Source: a virus (Duplodnaviria; Caudoviricetes). From it: 64,000 bases of DNA. This document shows, in pieces, positions 62,791 through 64,000 of this stretch (its first letter is position 1; the number at the start of each line of letters is the position of its first letter). Both the position numbers and the translations under genes were made by a program. The stretch lies in the IMG/VR virus record IMGVR_UViG_3300028888_000067, positions 32,001 through 96,000 of that record; one strand, 5' to 3'. The notes under the pieces are model-generated. The model had not been told where the DNA came from. It made no database searches and saw nothing but the letters and a program-made list of their open reading frames with translations.

Positions 62791-64000
62791 ATGGATAAAT
62801 CAATTGTTTTCAAGAAAGATTTCGTGAGTCCGAAGACTGGCGAGACGATTGACATGATAAAGATACGAGACCGGATTGACTTTGTCCGCGGCAGTGTCTA
62901 CAATGTGAATGCTTGCTTTGGGGCATTGCTTGACAACCTCAACTTCATCTACACGTTTGACGTCCCGACACAAGCGACAGACGGCACGCGCCTGTTCATA
63001 AATCCAGAATGGACAAACAAGTTGTCTGATGGCGAAATCAGGTTTGTTCTCATTCATGAGCTGATGCATTGTGTGTTTGACCACATGAACAGATCTAAAG
63101 GGCATAGCATGATGCTGTCTAACGTAGCTGCTGACTTTGAAGCAAACGGCGCATGCTTCATCGACAATTTCGTGACTAAATGGCAGATGGAGCATCTTGG
63201 ATCTTATTTCAGCGACAAGTATGCGTCATATGGTGATTTGTGGAGCTATGAGATGATTTACAAAGACTTGCTTGACAGCGGATTCATTCCAAACGCGCCA
63301 GAACTTGACATCATCTGGCCCAAGACAGAAAAGCCAAAGGGCGACCCGAAGATTGAGCACACGACTGATGAATGGAAACGCGGACACAGCGATGCTATAC
63401 ATGAATGCAACAAGACACTCAATGATGAATATTCTAAAATCACTAAAAAAGTTGGCGAACGCTACAAACCCGATGAGATAAAGAGAGCTCTCGAGAACTC
63501 TATCATACGGATAAAGCCGCTGCATGGAAACTATCCAGACAACCCATTCAGAATGAATCATATACCCGAGTATGAGAAATTCATAAAGCCCGAGTTCATA
63601 ACATATGAGCAAGGCTGGGACAGTGCAATTGCTGAAAGCATGAAGTCTATATTGTATGTGATTGGACTGATAGACAAACAGGGTGCTTCAGGCGGACTTT
63701 CTGGAATGAACTCAGACGGTTCTTTTCCTGCTACTGACCCTGCTGAAGAAGCATTGAACATACCAAGGCCGCCGATGCCAAATGTGATTGTCGTTTTGAG
63801 CAAAGAAGACGTCATAAGCCAGCAAGAAGGCGCTAACATGGCACGTGAAGCTGGCTATTCTGGCGAGTTCATAAAAGAGGAGCAGCTGAATGACATTGCG
63901 CAGAAATGGAAAGAGCAAGTCCAGCAGCAAGCTGGAAAAGAGGGCTCGTCATTGTTGACAAGACATCTGTTAGAAACACAAGCGTCGGGATACAACTGGA
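62791..64000 (+). CDS. HEXXH metallopeptidase-like protein (DUF2201 N-terminal type, vWA-associated); runs off the window end and is absent from the ORF track
   Basis: Manual translation from ATG 62791: MDKSIVFKK...TQATDGTRLFINPEW...FVLIHELMHCVFDHM.R...NVAADFEAN; no stop seen before 64000. Confidence 0.85.
   Translation, partial: MDKSIVFKKDFVSPKTGETIDMIKIRDRIDFVRGSVYNVNACFGALLDNLNFIYTFDVPTQATDGTRLFINPEWTNKLSDGEIRFVLIHELMHCVFDHMNRSKGHSMMLSNVAADFEANGACFIDNFVTKWQMEHLGSYFSDKYASYGDLWSYEMIYKDLLDSGFIPNAPELDIIWPKTEKPKGDPKIEHTTDEWKRGHSDAIHECNKTLNDEYSKITKKVGERYKPDEIKRALENSIIRIKPLHGNYPDNPFRMNHIPEYEKFIKPEFITYEQGWDSAIAESMKSILYVIGLIDKQGASGGLSGMNSDGSFPATDPAEEALNIPRPPMPNVIVVLSKEDVISQQEGANMAREAGYSGEFIKEEQLNDIAQKWKEQVQQQAGKEGSSLLTRHLLETQASGYNW

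Noticed and set aside
1-64000. Stop-codon recoding (TAG to Gln), as in some large gut phages
   Set aside because: Long genes are intact in the standard code, and TAG ends genes at sensible places (3085 before a terminator, 39508, 61101).

Overview
The window is a segment of an AT-rich, T4-related jumbo (myovirus-like) bacteriophage genome read in the standard code. The host is probably a Bacteroidota member: 5' regions are A-rich without Shine-Dalgarno sites, and the amidase, exonuclease and sugar dehydrogenase are Bacteroidota-type. Recognisable genes include the 3' part of tRNA-Leu(TAA), an Acb1-like 2H phosphoesterase, an RNA ligase, Thg1, a Clp ATPase, T4-like gp32, UvsY, UvsX, gp41 (N-half), gp47 and a gp14-like protein, a sigma factor, ThyX, two peptidoglycan hydrolases, collagen-like and very large late proteins, an ADP-ribosyltransferase and a cytoplasmic glycan-synthesis operon. 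The most striking pattern is a dispersed family of 12 genes in 5 loci. They share a 24-aa N-terminal leader (MKxLxxxxF[IV][SA]E-RMK[IFV][RK]PVTNxE[WFL]) fused to variable cargo, and all lie downstream of T4-type TATAAATA late promoters. The first half of the leader resembles the T4 capsid-targeting sequence, suggesting a modular arsenal of capsid-packaged, injected effectors. Other highlights: an atypically split intein (34-aa IntN) that ends the helicase gene at its Walker A motif with no partner in the window; a second leader family (MFS[DN]N, 5 genes); a 192-bp-period intergenic tandem repeat with helically phased TAGA motifs; and a 14-bp promoter-like motif. All protein assignments come from motif recognition by eye, not database searches.
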